Below are positions 1-8,832 of a stretch of 40,375 nucleotides of DNA, in pieces. Within the stretch, counting starts at the first letter, position 1, and each line of letters starts with the position of its first letter. The stretch spans positions 1 through 40,375 of the forward strand of contig CAYTGY010000001.1 in assembly GCA_964437265.1 (NCBI GenBank), given 5' to 3'. The position numbers and the translations under genes are program-made. A model generated the notes under the pieces. That model had not been told where the DNA came from, did not search any database, and saw nothing but the letters and a program-made list of their open reading frames with translations. This stretch comes from an uncultured Spirochaetaceae bacterium. GTDB taxonomy: Bacteria > Spirochaetota > Spirochaetia > DSM-27196 > SLST01.

Positions 1-1
1 C

Positions 2-1237
2 GATGGCAGCTACCTGCCGAAGCGCGGACGCAGAGACGGCGCCAATGTCGCGGTCGCCCATCGGGAAAACACACCGGCCGGCGAGTTGTGGGAGCTCCCC
101 GTGGCAACCCGACGGGTGCTCCTCTCACGGGTCCCCATCTCAGGGGGCAACTATCTCCGTCAGCTCCCCTCCGGTCTCATGCACCGCTACTTCCGGAGCT
201 GGCAGGAACGGACCGACTCGCCCTTTGTCCTCTATTTTCACCCCTGGGAACTCGATACCGAGCAGCCCGTGATCAGCGCCGTGGGAGTGCGTGAACGGCT
301 CCTTCAGTACCGGAATTTGGGGAAGATGCGTGAGCTTCTTCCGCGCTACCTGGAGTTGGGAAAATGGACGAGCGTCCGCGACTACCTGGACCTCCCCACC
401 AAGGAGCCATGCGCGAATCGTGCTCCGGCGATCATCACCACCGCGCACGGCCCCGGCGATGGCGATCAGAATGACGCCGAACCAGTCTCGGTGGTGATCC
501 CTTGCTACAATGAGGAAGACGCCCTTCCATACTTGGAGAAGGCGCTAGGCGAGCTCTCGGCGGCTGCACGTGGACGTTACCGGTTCCAGTACGTTTTTGT
601 AGACGATTGCAGCAAGGACAGCACTCGGACCGACCTCCAGGCCCGCTTTGGCGGCCGGTCGGACTGCAAGTTGGAGTTTCACGAACGCAATAAGGGAGTG
701 GCAGGGGCGATTATGACCGGCATCCGGGCAGCGGACAACGCAATTGTCTGCTCTATGGACGCCGATTGCTCCTACGATCCGCTCGAACTACTGTCGATGA
801 TTCCAGAGCTCGACGACGGCGTGGACATGGTCACCGCCTCGCCCTATCACCCTGACGGCTTCGTCCTCGGTGTTCCGGGCTGGCGACTGATGCTCTCCAA
901 GACGCTGTCGCGAATGTACCATCTTCTCCTGCGCCACAAGTTCTGGACCTACACTTCGTGTTTCCGCGTCTATCGCCGCGACCGTGTTGCGCCAATCCAG
1001 GTCGATCTGGGCGATTTCCGCGGGATTGTCGAGCTACTCGCCAAACTAGATATGACCGGTGGTACTATCAAAGAGCATCCGGCCACTCTGCAGAGCCGGA
1101 TCTTTGGGTACTCGAAGATGAAGACAATAAAGACCATCTGGGGGCATCTGAGGCTGTTGTGGCGGTTGATGAGGGAGCGGGGAAAAGGCGGTGATGGAAA
1201 AGCCGATGATGGCACCTATGTCACAACATCGCTCTGA
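2..1237 (+). CDS. Fusion protein: C-terminal part of an XrtA-type polysaccharide deacetylase (DUF3473-like) joined to a family-2 glycosyltransferase; 5'-truncated by the window edge
   Basis: The reading frame starting at nt 2 is open from the window start, so the TTG at 86 in the ORF track is not the real start. The N-terminal part ...ELPVATRRVL..GGNYLRQLP...FVLYFHPWELDTEQP...YRNLGKM matches the DUF3473 tail of PEP-CTERM-locus deacetylases. After a Gly/Asp/Pro linker comes a GT2 core: VSVVIPCYNEEDALP, FVDDCSKDST, MDADCSYDP. There is no stop codon between the two modules. Confidence 0.8.
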   Translation, partial: DGSYLPKRGRRDGANVAVAHRENTPAGELWELPVATRRVLLSRVPISGGNYLRQLPSGLMHRYFRSWQERTDSPFVLYFHPWELDTEQPVISAVGVRERLLQYRNLGKMRELLPRYLELGKWTSVRDYLDLPTKEPCANRAPAIITTAHGPGDGDQNDAEPVSVVIPCYNEEDALPYLEKALGELSAAARGRYRFQYVFVDDCSKDSTRTDLQARFGGRSDCKLEFHERNKGVAGAIMTGIRAADNAIVCSMDADCSYDPLELLSMIPELDDGVDMVTASPYHPDGFVLGVPGWRLMLSKTLSRMYHLLLRHKFWTYTSCFRVYRRDRVAPIQVDLGDFRGIVELLAKLDMTGGTIKEHPATLQSRIFGYSKMKTIKTIWGHLRLLWRLMRERGKGGDGKADDGTYVTTSL

Positions 1238-2450
1238 TTCTTCTCTCTTGTCGACTTTGCCAATCGGTCAACTTGCGACCGAGAGTCTCATGCGGCTGAT
1301 ATCATACGTCAAGGGGGAGGATTTCGTTGGTTGGGATCCGTACGACGGCTTGAACAGCCGTGTGCTCCGAATCGCTTGGCCGCTCAACAAGAACCCGCTT
1401 CTTCGACTCGCTTGGATACAGTTCTTCAAGCGTAGTCCGATCAACCTGCGTCGCCTGTTCCTGGTACCGAAGGGAACGAACCCAAAGGCAGTTGCCCTCT
1501 TTGTCAGTGGCTATACCGACCTCTTCCGCATGACGTCGGACGAGCAGTATCTTGACACGGCGAAGGAACTCGCAGAGCGGCTCCTATCGAACAGATCGCC
1601 CGGCTTCGCGAACGCCTGTTGGGGTTACAATTTTGATTGGCAGGCCAAGAGCGGCTTCAAAGCAGCCTACGTCCCAACCGGCGTTGTGACCTCGTTTGGT
1701 GGGTATGGGCTGCTTGACCTCTACGATATCACCAGGTCGGATCAGTACCTGGACGCCGGCATTTCGGCGGCACGATTCATGGTGGAGGACCTCAACCGAA
1801 CAGAGGATTCCACGGGCACGTGCTTCTCGTACTCACCGAACGATCAGAGTCAGGTATACAACGCCAGTCTTCTCGTGTCACGTCTTCTTTCGCGAGTGTA
1901 CTCATACACTAGCGAAGACAATCTCGCGAACCTGGCACGCGCATCTGTCGCATATTGCTGTGCTCGCCAATCCGAGAACGGTTCTTGGGTTTACAGCCCA
2001 GAGTCCCACCATCAGTGGGTCGATAGCTTTCATACAGGATTCAATTTAGAGTGTGTATGCGAGTACGCGAAGCACACAGGGGACTCGGGCTTTGCAGAGA
2101 ACCTCACGCGCGGCCTTCAGTACTACTTGGACACCTTTTTCACTCCAGAGGGAATGGCGAAGTACTACAATGACACGATCTTTCCAGTCGATGTGCACGC
2201 CGTGGCACAGCTCTTTGTGACTCTCAGATCCACTGGTTTACTGGAGGAGCACGAGAGCGTCGTGTCACGCGTCTTGCTGTGGACCGTTGCTAACATGCAG
2301 GATGAGAGCGGCTACTTCTACTATCAGCACCGCCATCGTCGAACGAATCGAATACCGTACATGCGGTGGTCGCAGGCGTGGATGTTTTACGGCTTGAGTA
2401 GGCTGCTCAGGGCGAGGGCTGAAGGACCCTCCGGAGTTGGAACTCGTTGA
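1191..2450 (+). CDS. Uncharacterised soluble polysaccharide-locus protein, probably an (alpha/alpha)-toroid fold
   Basis: 419-aa ORF with coding-like composition. Motifs include GWDPYDGLNS, ACWGYNFDWQ and FHTGFNLE, with repeated helix-rich segments. I do not recognise the family with certainty. The start is ambiguous (GTG 1191, ATG 1194, ATG 1206-1218) and overlaps the upstream stop. Confidence 0.7.
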   Translation: MMEKPMMAPMSQHRSDSSLLSTLPIGQLATESLMRLISYVKGEDFVGWDPYDGLNSRVLRIAWPLNKNPLLRLAWIQFFKRSPINLRRLFLVPKGTNPKAVALFVSGYTDLFRMTSDEQYLDTAKELAERLLSNRSPGFANACWGYNFDWQAKSGFKAAYVPTGVVTSFGGYGLLDLYDITRSDQYLDAGISAARFMVEDLNRTEDSTGTCFSYSPNDQSQVYNASLLVSRLLSRVYSYTSEDNLANLARASVAYCCARQSENGSWVYSPESHHQWVDSFHTGFNLECVCEYAKHTGDSGFAENLTRGLQYYLDTFFTPEGMAKYYNDTIFPVDVHAVAQLFVTLRSTGLLEEHESVVSRVLLWTVANMQDESGYFYYQHRHRRTNRIPYMRWSQAWMFYGLSRLLRARAEGPSGVGTR

Positions 2451-3681
2451 CCCGTCATCGGTGAATCGGGTTATTGCGCGAGCGCAAACTGCGCACGGTA
2501 GCGTGGCTGTACTGACAGCCTCAAGGCGGAGACGAGTGTCCAGATCGGAGAGACCGTGCGGTTTCACGGACCGGAGCCGAAGTGAGCTGCGACGGGTTCT
2601 GCTCGTGAACCAGGGCACCGTCCCGCACTATCGTGTGCCGGTCTACAATCACCTTCATAAGTACCTTCGTGGCTATGGGTTCGAGTTCATTGTCACGGCT
2701 GAAGGTGTTCAGGCGGGATCACCCGACTCCGTGCGATTCCCCTACATTGAGGCTACGCAAACTCTGGCAAGGCTGCTTAGCGGAATTGACCGGGCTTCGG
2801 TCGACGCAGTCATACTCTGGGTAAACCTGAAGAACGGTTTTCTCTTCCCTCTGATCCTGATTACCCGATGTTTGCTGCGCAAGCCGGTCCTGTACTGGGG
2901 TCATGGCGGTGATCTTGAGGATCCAAACTCACGTGTGAAAAACGCTCTCTATGCGATTCAGCACAAGCTCAGTGATGCGATCGTGCTGTACGCTGAGCAT
3001 CTACGTGACGTTCTCCCTGATAGCGTACGACACAAGGCGTTCTCTGCCACGAACACGCTATCCGTGCCAAGTGAACGCCCATCGAGTTCCGTCGTGCGTC
3101 GGTGCATGCAGGACTTTGGAGTAACGACTCGACGAAACATCATTTTCGTGGGTCGGGTAGAACGTAGGAAGCGGCCGATGGATCTGATCCAGGCGTTTCG
3201 AAGGATCGACAGGCAAGACCTCGGCCTGGTGGTTGTGGGCCCCGACCCTGATGGCATTCTCGACGGTGTCGCGGACGACCGCATTGTCATCACCGGGCCC
3301 GTGTATGGGGTAGCGAAAGAGGCGCTACTGCACGGGGCCGACGTGTTCTGCATTCCCGGGCATGTCGGACTTGGGATCGTCGATGCGTTCTGGGCTGGCC
3401 TGCCCCTCGTGACAGAAAACGTTCCGCACGCACCCGAGGTCGGTTTTCTCAAGGACGGCGAAAACGGCTTCATGGTGCCAGAAGGTGATACTGCCGCGCT
3501 TGCAGATCGCCTTGAGCTATTGGCGTTCGACGAAACCCTCCTGAACCAGTTTTCCGAGGCAGCACGGAGGGAGATAGCGACCAACGGCACAATCGATCGG
3601 ATGGCCGAGGGCTTCAGAGATGCCCTGCAGTACTCATTCCGCCATCGCTATCGCTCTCATCGAGAACGGAGCAAGACGTGA
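2437..3681 (+). CDS. GT-B fold glycosyltransferase (GT4 / Glycos_transf_1 type)
   Basis: C-terminal signature FVGRVERRKRPMDLIQAF...VVVGPDPDG...ITGPVYGVAKEALLHGADVFCIPGHVGLGIVDAFWAGLPLVT...ENGFMV, which includes the EX7E-type region. The first ~35-50 residues are Arg-rich and non-homologous, so the true start may be GTG 2536 (GGAG 4 nt upstream) rather than TTG 2437. Confidence 0.8.
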   Translation: MELVDPSSVNRVIARAQTAHGSVAVLTASRRRRVSRSERPCGFTDRSRSELRRVLLVNQGTVPHYRVPVYNHLHKYLRGYGFEFIVTAEGVQAGSPDSVRFPYIEATQTLARLLSGIDRASVDAVILWVNLKNGFLFPLILITRCLLRKPVLYWGHGGDLEDPNSRVKNALYAIQHKLSDAIVLYAEHLRDVLPDSVRHKAFSATNTLSVPSERPSSSVVRRCMQDFGVTTRRNIIFVGRVERRKRPMDLIQAFRRIDRQDLGLVVVGPDPDGILDGVADDRIVITGPVYGVAKEALLHGADVFCIPGHVGLGIVDAFWAGLPLVTENVPHAPEVGFLKDGENGFMVPEGDTAALADRLELLAFDETLLNQFSEAARREIATNGTIDRMAEGFRDALQYSFRHRYRSHRERSKT

Positions 3682-5042
3682 GCCCGCAGATTGCAAGGAT
3701 AGGCGTCTGGGCCTTCATCGTTGTGCTGTTCGTGATCGAATACCGTCGGGCTGATTCTCGAGCATCATTGGCGACCTGGGTTCCTACACTTTGGATGGGA
3801 GTGGCAGGTTCTCGCACGCTTTCCCAATGGTTGGACCCGGAATTAGTCGCCAATGGCTCTTCGGAGGGAACGCCGCTGGACCGGTTGTTCTTCTTTGGAT
3901 TGATCCTGCTCGGGATTCTGATCCTGATTGACCGCCGATTCAGCATTTCGGACTTTGCAAAGCGGAACCGCTGGTTGGTGCTGTATTTCTTGTTTGCCGC
4001 CGCGAGTATACTCTGGTCGTGGTATCCGGTTGACTCGGCGAAGCGACTGATCAAGAGCGTTGGCAATCTTGTCATGGCACTCCTGATCCTGACTGAGGAG
4101 TCGCCACGCGACTCTTTGGTGGCAGTGATACGCAGATTGGGGATGGTTCTTGTCCCGCTTTCGTGGCTGTACGTCAAGTACTTCCCCGACCTCGGACGCC
4201 AGTACCACATGGGTCAACCACTCATGAGGGGTGTTGCCCTCCAGAAAAACGGATTGGGCCAACTCTGCATGATCGTTGGGATAGTAGCGGCGTGGCAGTG
4301 GATTCTCAACACGCGTGGAGTGAGTGGAGCGCAGCGCAGCGGAAATGTGCTCTACGGCGCAGTAGTGGTTCCAGTGCTCGGATGGCTCTTGTTGAGGTCC
4401 GACAGTGCAACATCGCTGATGGGGCTCGGACTAGCCTGTGGACTGCTCGCCCTAGGACGCATCGGCGCGGTGGCGCGGCAGCCGTCCAAGTTGGTCAGCA
4501 TCGGCCTGATTCTGGGCGGCGCCGTGATTCTCGCGGAGGGGCTTTTCCACCTGAGTTCCGTGCTAATCGTGAACGTGCTCGGACGAGATCTTGAGCTCAC
4601 CGGTCGCGTTGATGTGTGGGCCACCCTCATAGGCTTGGCCAGGCGCCCGGTCATCGGTGCCGGCTACGAGAGCTTCTGGCTTACCTCGAATCCCATAACT
4701 GAGACATTCGGTCTGAACCAAGCCCACAATGGGTACCTGGAAACCTACCTGAATCTTGGCTTGGTCGGATTAGGCCTGCTTGTGCTTTCGATAGGGTCGG
4801 CAATCGTCAAGAACATACGGTCTGCATCACTTGACTTCGCCTTCTCTTACCTGCGTTTGACGCTCGTGATTGTGATCATATTCTACAATCTGACGGAGGC
4901 GATGTACCACGGTGTCAACAACCTCTGGGTGCTGTTCCTGGTCAGTGCAATCACAGTAGAGACGAGTGATATGCCGATCCCGGCGCTGGATGGGCCAGAC
5001 AGGTCGTCCGATTTCGTCGCAGATTCGGGCATAGCGCGATAA
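3678..5042 (+). CDS. wzy: O-antigen polymerase / O-antigen-ligase family membrane protein (Wzy-like)
   Basis: Polytopic membrane protein of about 10-12 hydrophobic segments. It has the Wzy_C-type loop ...GAGYESFWLTSNPITETFGLNQAHNGYLETYLNLGLVGLGLL. The GTG start overlaps the upstream TGA (GTGA). Confidence 0.8.
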   Translation: MSPQIARIGVWAFIVVLFVIEYRRADSRASLATWVPTLWMGVAGSRTLSQWLDPELVANGSSEGTPLDRLFFFGLILLGILILIDRRFSISDFAKRNRWLVLYFLFAAASILWSWYPVDSAKRLIKSVGNLVMALLILTEESPRDSLVAVIRRLGMVLVPLSWLYVKYFPDLGRQYHMGQPLMRGVALQKNGLGQLCMIVGIVAAWQWILNTRGVSGAQRSGNVLYGAVVVPVLGWLLLRSDSATSLMGLGLACGLLALGRIGAVARQPSKLVSIGLILGGAVILAEGLFHLSSVLIVNVLGRDLELTGRVDVWATLIGLARRPVIGAGYESFWLTSNPITETFGLNQAHNGYLETYLNLGLVGLGLLVLSIGSAIVKNIRSASLDFAFSYLRLTLVIVIIFYNLTEAMYHGVNNLWVLFLVSAITVETSDMPIPALDGPDRSSDFVADSGIAR

Positions 5043-5096
5043 AATCGAAGTTGAGACAGCCGGGACGGGATGACATGTCCCCAAGGAGGCAGAGAC

Positions 5097-6830
5097 GTGC
5101 TGCAAAACGCGTACAGACAACGGGCCGGTCGTGTTTCGATTATGGCCATGTTGTTCTGCTCATTTTGGTTCATACAACCCCTTCACCCGGAGGTGATCCC
5201 GCAGGAACGCCGGGTCGACTGGCTCGGCAGTGTAGGGGTTGAAGGCGGGATTCCCTACAGATCGACCGTCCACGCAAACGTCCTGGAATCGCCGTACAAT
5301 GCGGCTGGTGACGGCGTGGCTGATGATACAGCGGCGCTTCAAGCAGCGATTGATGACTGCCCACCGGGAGAAGTCGTGTGGATCCCCTCGGGGACCTATC
5401 GGATCACGGACCGCCTGAGGATGAAGTCTGGCGTTACGGTGCGTGGCGCGGGCATCGGCGAGACCCTAATCAAGGGGGACGATAGCTTCACAGGACCGTA
5501 TCTCGTCGGTTTTGAGGCGGAGGGGCTATGGTTCGACGGAGTGCTTGAGGCCGCCAGAAACGTTGCCGGGGCCGCGGCAAAGGGTGCTTCTCAAATACCC
5601 GTGTCGGGGAGTGGCTGGTCAGTTGGGGACGTCGTCCTCATCGATATCGCCGAGGATCCTCCCTTTTCGACGAATGACGGTACCGGCGGAACCTGCACGT
5701 GGTGCGGTGAGGAGAGCGGCGATCGACCAGCAGGCCAAGTTGTTGAGATCAGCGCGGTGCAGGCCGACTCAATCGACATCGCCATACCGCTGTACTTTGA
5801 CCTAGACGCCTCGCTATCTCCGCGTGTGTCTCGGTTACGCCCGGAGTGGATAATTGCTGAGGCCGGACTCGAAGACCTTTCATTGGACAACAGCGAGAGT
5901 CACAACCCGGCGCAGTACAACTACGGAATTCTGTACATGATGAGTTCGCGCGACAGTTGGGTGAGCAATGTCGAACTGGTCACAACGCTGAAGACCGGAC
6001 TAAAGATGACTTACAGCTATCGGAACACGATCAGGGGGTGCGTCATACGCAATAGCCACGCCTACACCTCCGATGCGGGCTACGGTCTCTACTTCACCTA
6101 TGGAGTGTCTGCGTCTGCGATTGAGAACAACATTTTCCACGATCTGACCGTAGGAGTGATCTTCAATGGTCCAGTATCGGGAAACGTGGTTGCCTACAAC
6201 TACATGACCGACATGAAGTCCGACACTTTCCCGACTTCGGTGCGAAACGGGATTATCGCGCACGGGGCGCACCCAATAATGAACCTGTTCGAAGGCAACT
6301 TTCTCGACGGACCGGGGATCAGCTGTGATTTTTACTGGGGTACTTCTAGCCACAATACCTTTCTCAGGAACCGAGTTGCCATCGATCCGACAAAGACAAC
6401 GGGTGCTGCGAACGTGTCTATCTGGAAGGGGCAGACCTACTACAATCTTGTGGGTAACGTTTTCGGCAGTGATGGGTACGAGTCTGTGTATGAGAGCACG
6501 AATTTGTACGGCGCTCCCATGATCTACAATCTCGACTTCACGAACATCGGATCAGAAGATGGCCAGACCGCCGCCACCATCCTCCGGCATGGCAACTATG
6601 ATTCAGTCAATGGCGGTATCGTGTGGGACCCGGCGATTCCCGATCAGGATGTGCCACCATCATACTACCTGAGCGAACGACCGAACTGGTGGGGAGGTCT
6701 GGATTGGCCTGCTGTCGGCCCCGGTCATCCGTCGATGTACTCAGACATCCCGGCAAAGTACCGTTTCGAGAATCCCGAGCACACCGGTGCAGTGGCTCCG
6801 CCGTCGAGACTGAGGATACAAAGCCCGTAG
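5097..6830 (+). CDS. Secreted right-handed beta-helix protein (pectate-lyase-superfamily fold); glycan depolymerase or polymer-level epimerase candidate
   Basis: N-terminal motif YNAAGDGVADDTAALQAAIDDCPPGEVVWIPSGTYRI is typical of Pectate_lyase_3-type beta-helix proteins. Downstream there are repeated short beta-rung segments. I prefer GTG 5097 because AAGGAGG (5083-5089) lies 7 nt upstream. The N-terminus RQRAGRVSIMAMLFCSFWFI looks like a signal peptide. The ORF track begins at ATG 5070. Confidence 0.75.
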   Translation: MLQNAYRQRAGRVSIMAMLFCSFWFIQPLHPEVIPQERRVDWLGSVGVEGGIPYRSTVHANVLESPYNAAGDGVADDTAALQAAIDDCPPGEVVWIPSGTYRITDRLRMKSGVTVRGAGIGETLIKGDDSFTGPYLVGFEAEGLWFDGVLEAARNVAGAAAKGASQIPVSGSGWSVGDVVLIDIAEDPPFSTNDGTGGTCTWCGEESGDRPAGQVVEISAVQADSIDIAIPLYFDLDASLSPRVSRLRPEWIIAEAGLEDLSLDNSESHNPAQYNYGILYMMSSRDSWVSNVELVTTLKTGLKMTYSYRNTIRGCVIRNSHAYTSDAGYGLYFTYGVSASAIENNIFHDLTVGVIFNGPVSGNVVAYNYMTDMKSDTFPTSVRNGIIAHGAHPIMNLFEGNFLDGPGISCDFYWGTSSHNTFLRNRVAIDPTKTTGAANVSIWKGQTYYNLVGNVFGSDGYESVYESTNLYGAPMIYNLDFTNIGSEDGQTAATILRHGNYDSVNGGIVWDPAIPDQDVPPSYYLSERPNWWGGLDWPAVGPGHPSMYSDIPAKYRFENPEHTGAVAPPSRLRIQSP

Positions 6831-6902
6831 GTCGAACGCAGCACTTCGCTTTGAGCATGGAACCACACGCACGAATATGCCTTATCAAGAGAGTACAAAA
6901 GT

Positions 6903-8723
6903 ATGCCTGGACTAGCAGGGGCTGTTCGACTTTCCGGACGACTACCGCTGGAAGACTTGGTATCCACAATGGGCCGCACGCTGCAGCACGAGCCCTTCTA
7001 CACTTCTGGGGCTCACGTTGATGACACTCTCGGCGTCGGGGTTGCGTGGTCAGTCATCTCCGGCGGATTCGACGACTGCCTCCCGATCAGGGGTAACAAC
7101 AGTCAGACACTGTTGTTCTTCGTAGGCGAGGATTACCGTGATCGGGCCGAGATAGCCGGCTTCAGCGAATTGGGTGAGAGAAAGGGCGCCGAGTACTTGG
7201 CGTGCCTCTTTGATCGGAACGGATTGGCGGCGATCCCGCAGTTGAACGGCCGGTTCGCCGGCGTGTATATCGACAAAACGAACCAGAGCGTCGCGTTATT
7301 CACTGATCGATACGGCCTGGGACGGATCTATGTGTGTGAACGCGAGGGGGTGCTGTTCTTCTCAACCGAAGCCAAGGCGATCCTACAAGTTGATTCGGCT
7401 ACACGCAGTTTCGACCCTCAGGGCTTGGCGGACTTCTTCGCTGTAGGATGCACACTTGACAATCGTTCCCTGTTTAATGGCATCTCTGTGTTTCCAGCGG
7501 CTTCTGTGTGGGTGGTTACGGACGAGACGGTCCGGAAGCGTCGTTACTGGGATCCACAGGAACGACTTGCACTGCCGAAGCTTGCCGACGATCGGTACTA
7601 CGCTCAGCTCAAAGAAACGTGGAAGCGCGTCCTGCCGATGTATCTCCGCGCCGACGACCGCATCGCCCTTTCGTTGACGGGCGGGAAGGACAGTCGGATG
7701 ATTATGGCGTGGCTTGACGCCCGGCCCGACTCAGTCCCCTGTTACACCTTCGCGAGCCGGTTTCGGGATACTGAAGACGTTACGTTAGCGCGGAGGATCT
7801 CAGGGCTGTGTGAGCAACCTCACTCAACTATCGAGGTCGGTGATGAGTTTCTTTCCCACTTCGCAGAGCTCGCCTCTCGCACTGTCTATCTGACTGACGG
7901 CGTAATGGATGTGAGCGGGGCGCCGGACCTCTATGTGAACTCCATCGCTAGGGAGATTGCTCCGATCCGCCTAACTGGCAACTATGGGCAGGAGGTGCTT
8001 CGGGCTGATATTGCTTTCAAGCCGCTGCCGCTCTCGCAGTCGGTTTTCGGCGGCGGTGTCTCAGCCCTCATGGCCGCTTCCGTTGCGAGGTACGCTGAGT
8101 TACGCAGATCCGATCCCCTGCTGTTCATCCTTTCGGTTCAGCTTCCCTGGCATCACTACTCGCGCCTCTCGCTTGAGTTGTCGCAACTGAGCGTGAGGTC
8201 GCCATACATCGACAACGCGGTTGTTGATCATGTGCTACGGGCGTCGCCGAAGATGGTGTCGGATGTAGAGCTCCAGCTTCGTGTCATCCGCGATGGATAC
8301 CCAAGACTGGTCGATATCCAAACCGACCGAGGTCTTGGCGGCAAAAAGTCTGCCGCGATGGCAGCCCTCTCAAATGCCTACCGCGAGTTCACGTTCAAGG
8401 CAGAGTACGCATACGATTACGGGATGCCCAACTGGATGGTCAGACTGGATAAGTCTCTCGCGTTCTTGCACCTTGAGCGCCTCTTCTTGGGACGGCACAA
8501 GTTCTACCACTTCAGGACATGGTACCGTGGGCCGCTTGCCCCTACGGTGCGTCAGGTCCTTCTGGATCCAGCCGCGTCGCGAAGACCCTACCTCAATCGA
8601 GCGGAAGTAGAGCGAATAGTCGAGGAGCATGTGGCTGGGCGGGCCAATCATACGCTGGAAATCCACCGACTTCTGACCACGGAGATCATCGAGCGGCGAC
8701 TGCTGTCACTACACGAGGTGTGA
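6903..8723 (+). CDS. Asparagine-synthetase-family (AsnB-like) PP-loop amidotransferase paralogue lacking the N-terminal nucleophile Cys
   Basis: The GATase-7-like N-domain begins MPGLAG instead of MCGI(A/C)G. The synthetase domain keeps the PP-loop SLTGGKDSRM. An in-frame stop at 6852-6854 excludes a longer N-terminus. Confidence 0.85.
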   Translation: MPGLAGAVRLSGRLPLEDLVSTMGRTLQHEPFYTSGAHVDDTLGVGVAWSVISGGFDDCLPIRGNNSQTLLFFVGEDYRDRAEIAGFSELGERKGAEYLACLFDRNGLAAIPQLNGRFAGVYIDKTNQSVALFTDRYGLGRIYVCEREGVLFFSTEAKAILQVDSATRSFDPQGLADFFAVGCTLDNRSLFNGISVFPAASVWVVTDETVRKRRYWDPQERLALPKLADDRYYAQLKETWKRVLPMYLRADDRIALSLTGGKDSRMIMAWLDARPDSVPCYTFASRFRDTEDVTLARRISGLCEQPHSTIEVGDEFLSHFAELASRTVYLTDGVMDVSGAPDLYVNSIAREIAPIRLTGNYGQEVLRADIAFKPLPLSQSVFGGGVSALMAASVARYAELRRSDPLLFILSVQLPWHHYSRLSLELSQLSVRSPYIDNAVVDHVLRASPKMVSDVELQLRVIRDGYPRLVDIQTDRGLGGKKSAAMAALSNAYREFTFKAEYAYDYGMPNWMVRLDKSLAFLHLERLFLGRHKFYHFRTWYRGPLAPTVRQVLLDPAASRRPYLNRAEVERIVEEHVAGRANHTLEIHRLLTTEIIERRLLSLHEV

Positions 8724-8832
8724 AACGGCGAATCTCCTGGATCTCCCTTCGCGCGACGGTAGGTCGCGGCCATTTGGATCGAACCGGACAGCTGGCGAAG
8801 CATCCATTCGGTGAACGCCGAGGACGTGGAAA

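Noticed and set aside
2474-2487. Perfect palindrome TTGCGC-GA-GCGCAA in the possibly non-coding stretch before the GT4 core (candidate operator)
   Set aside because: A 6+6 palindrome at fixed spacing is expected about ten times by chance in this window. It is also unclear whether this stretch is intergenic at all, because the GT4 start is ambiguous between 2437 and 2536.
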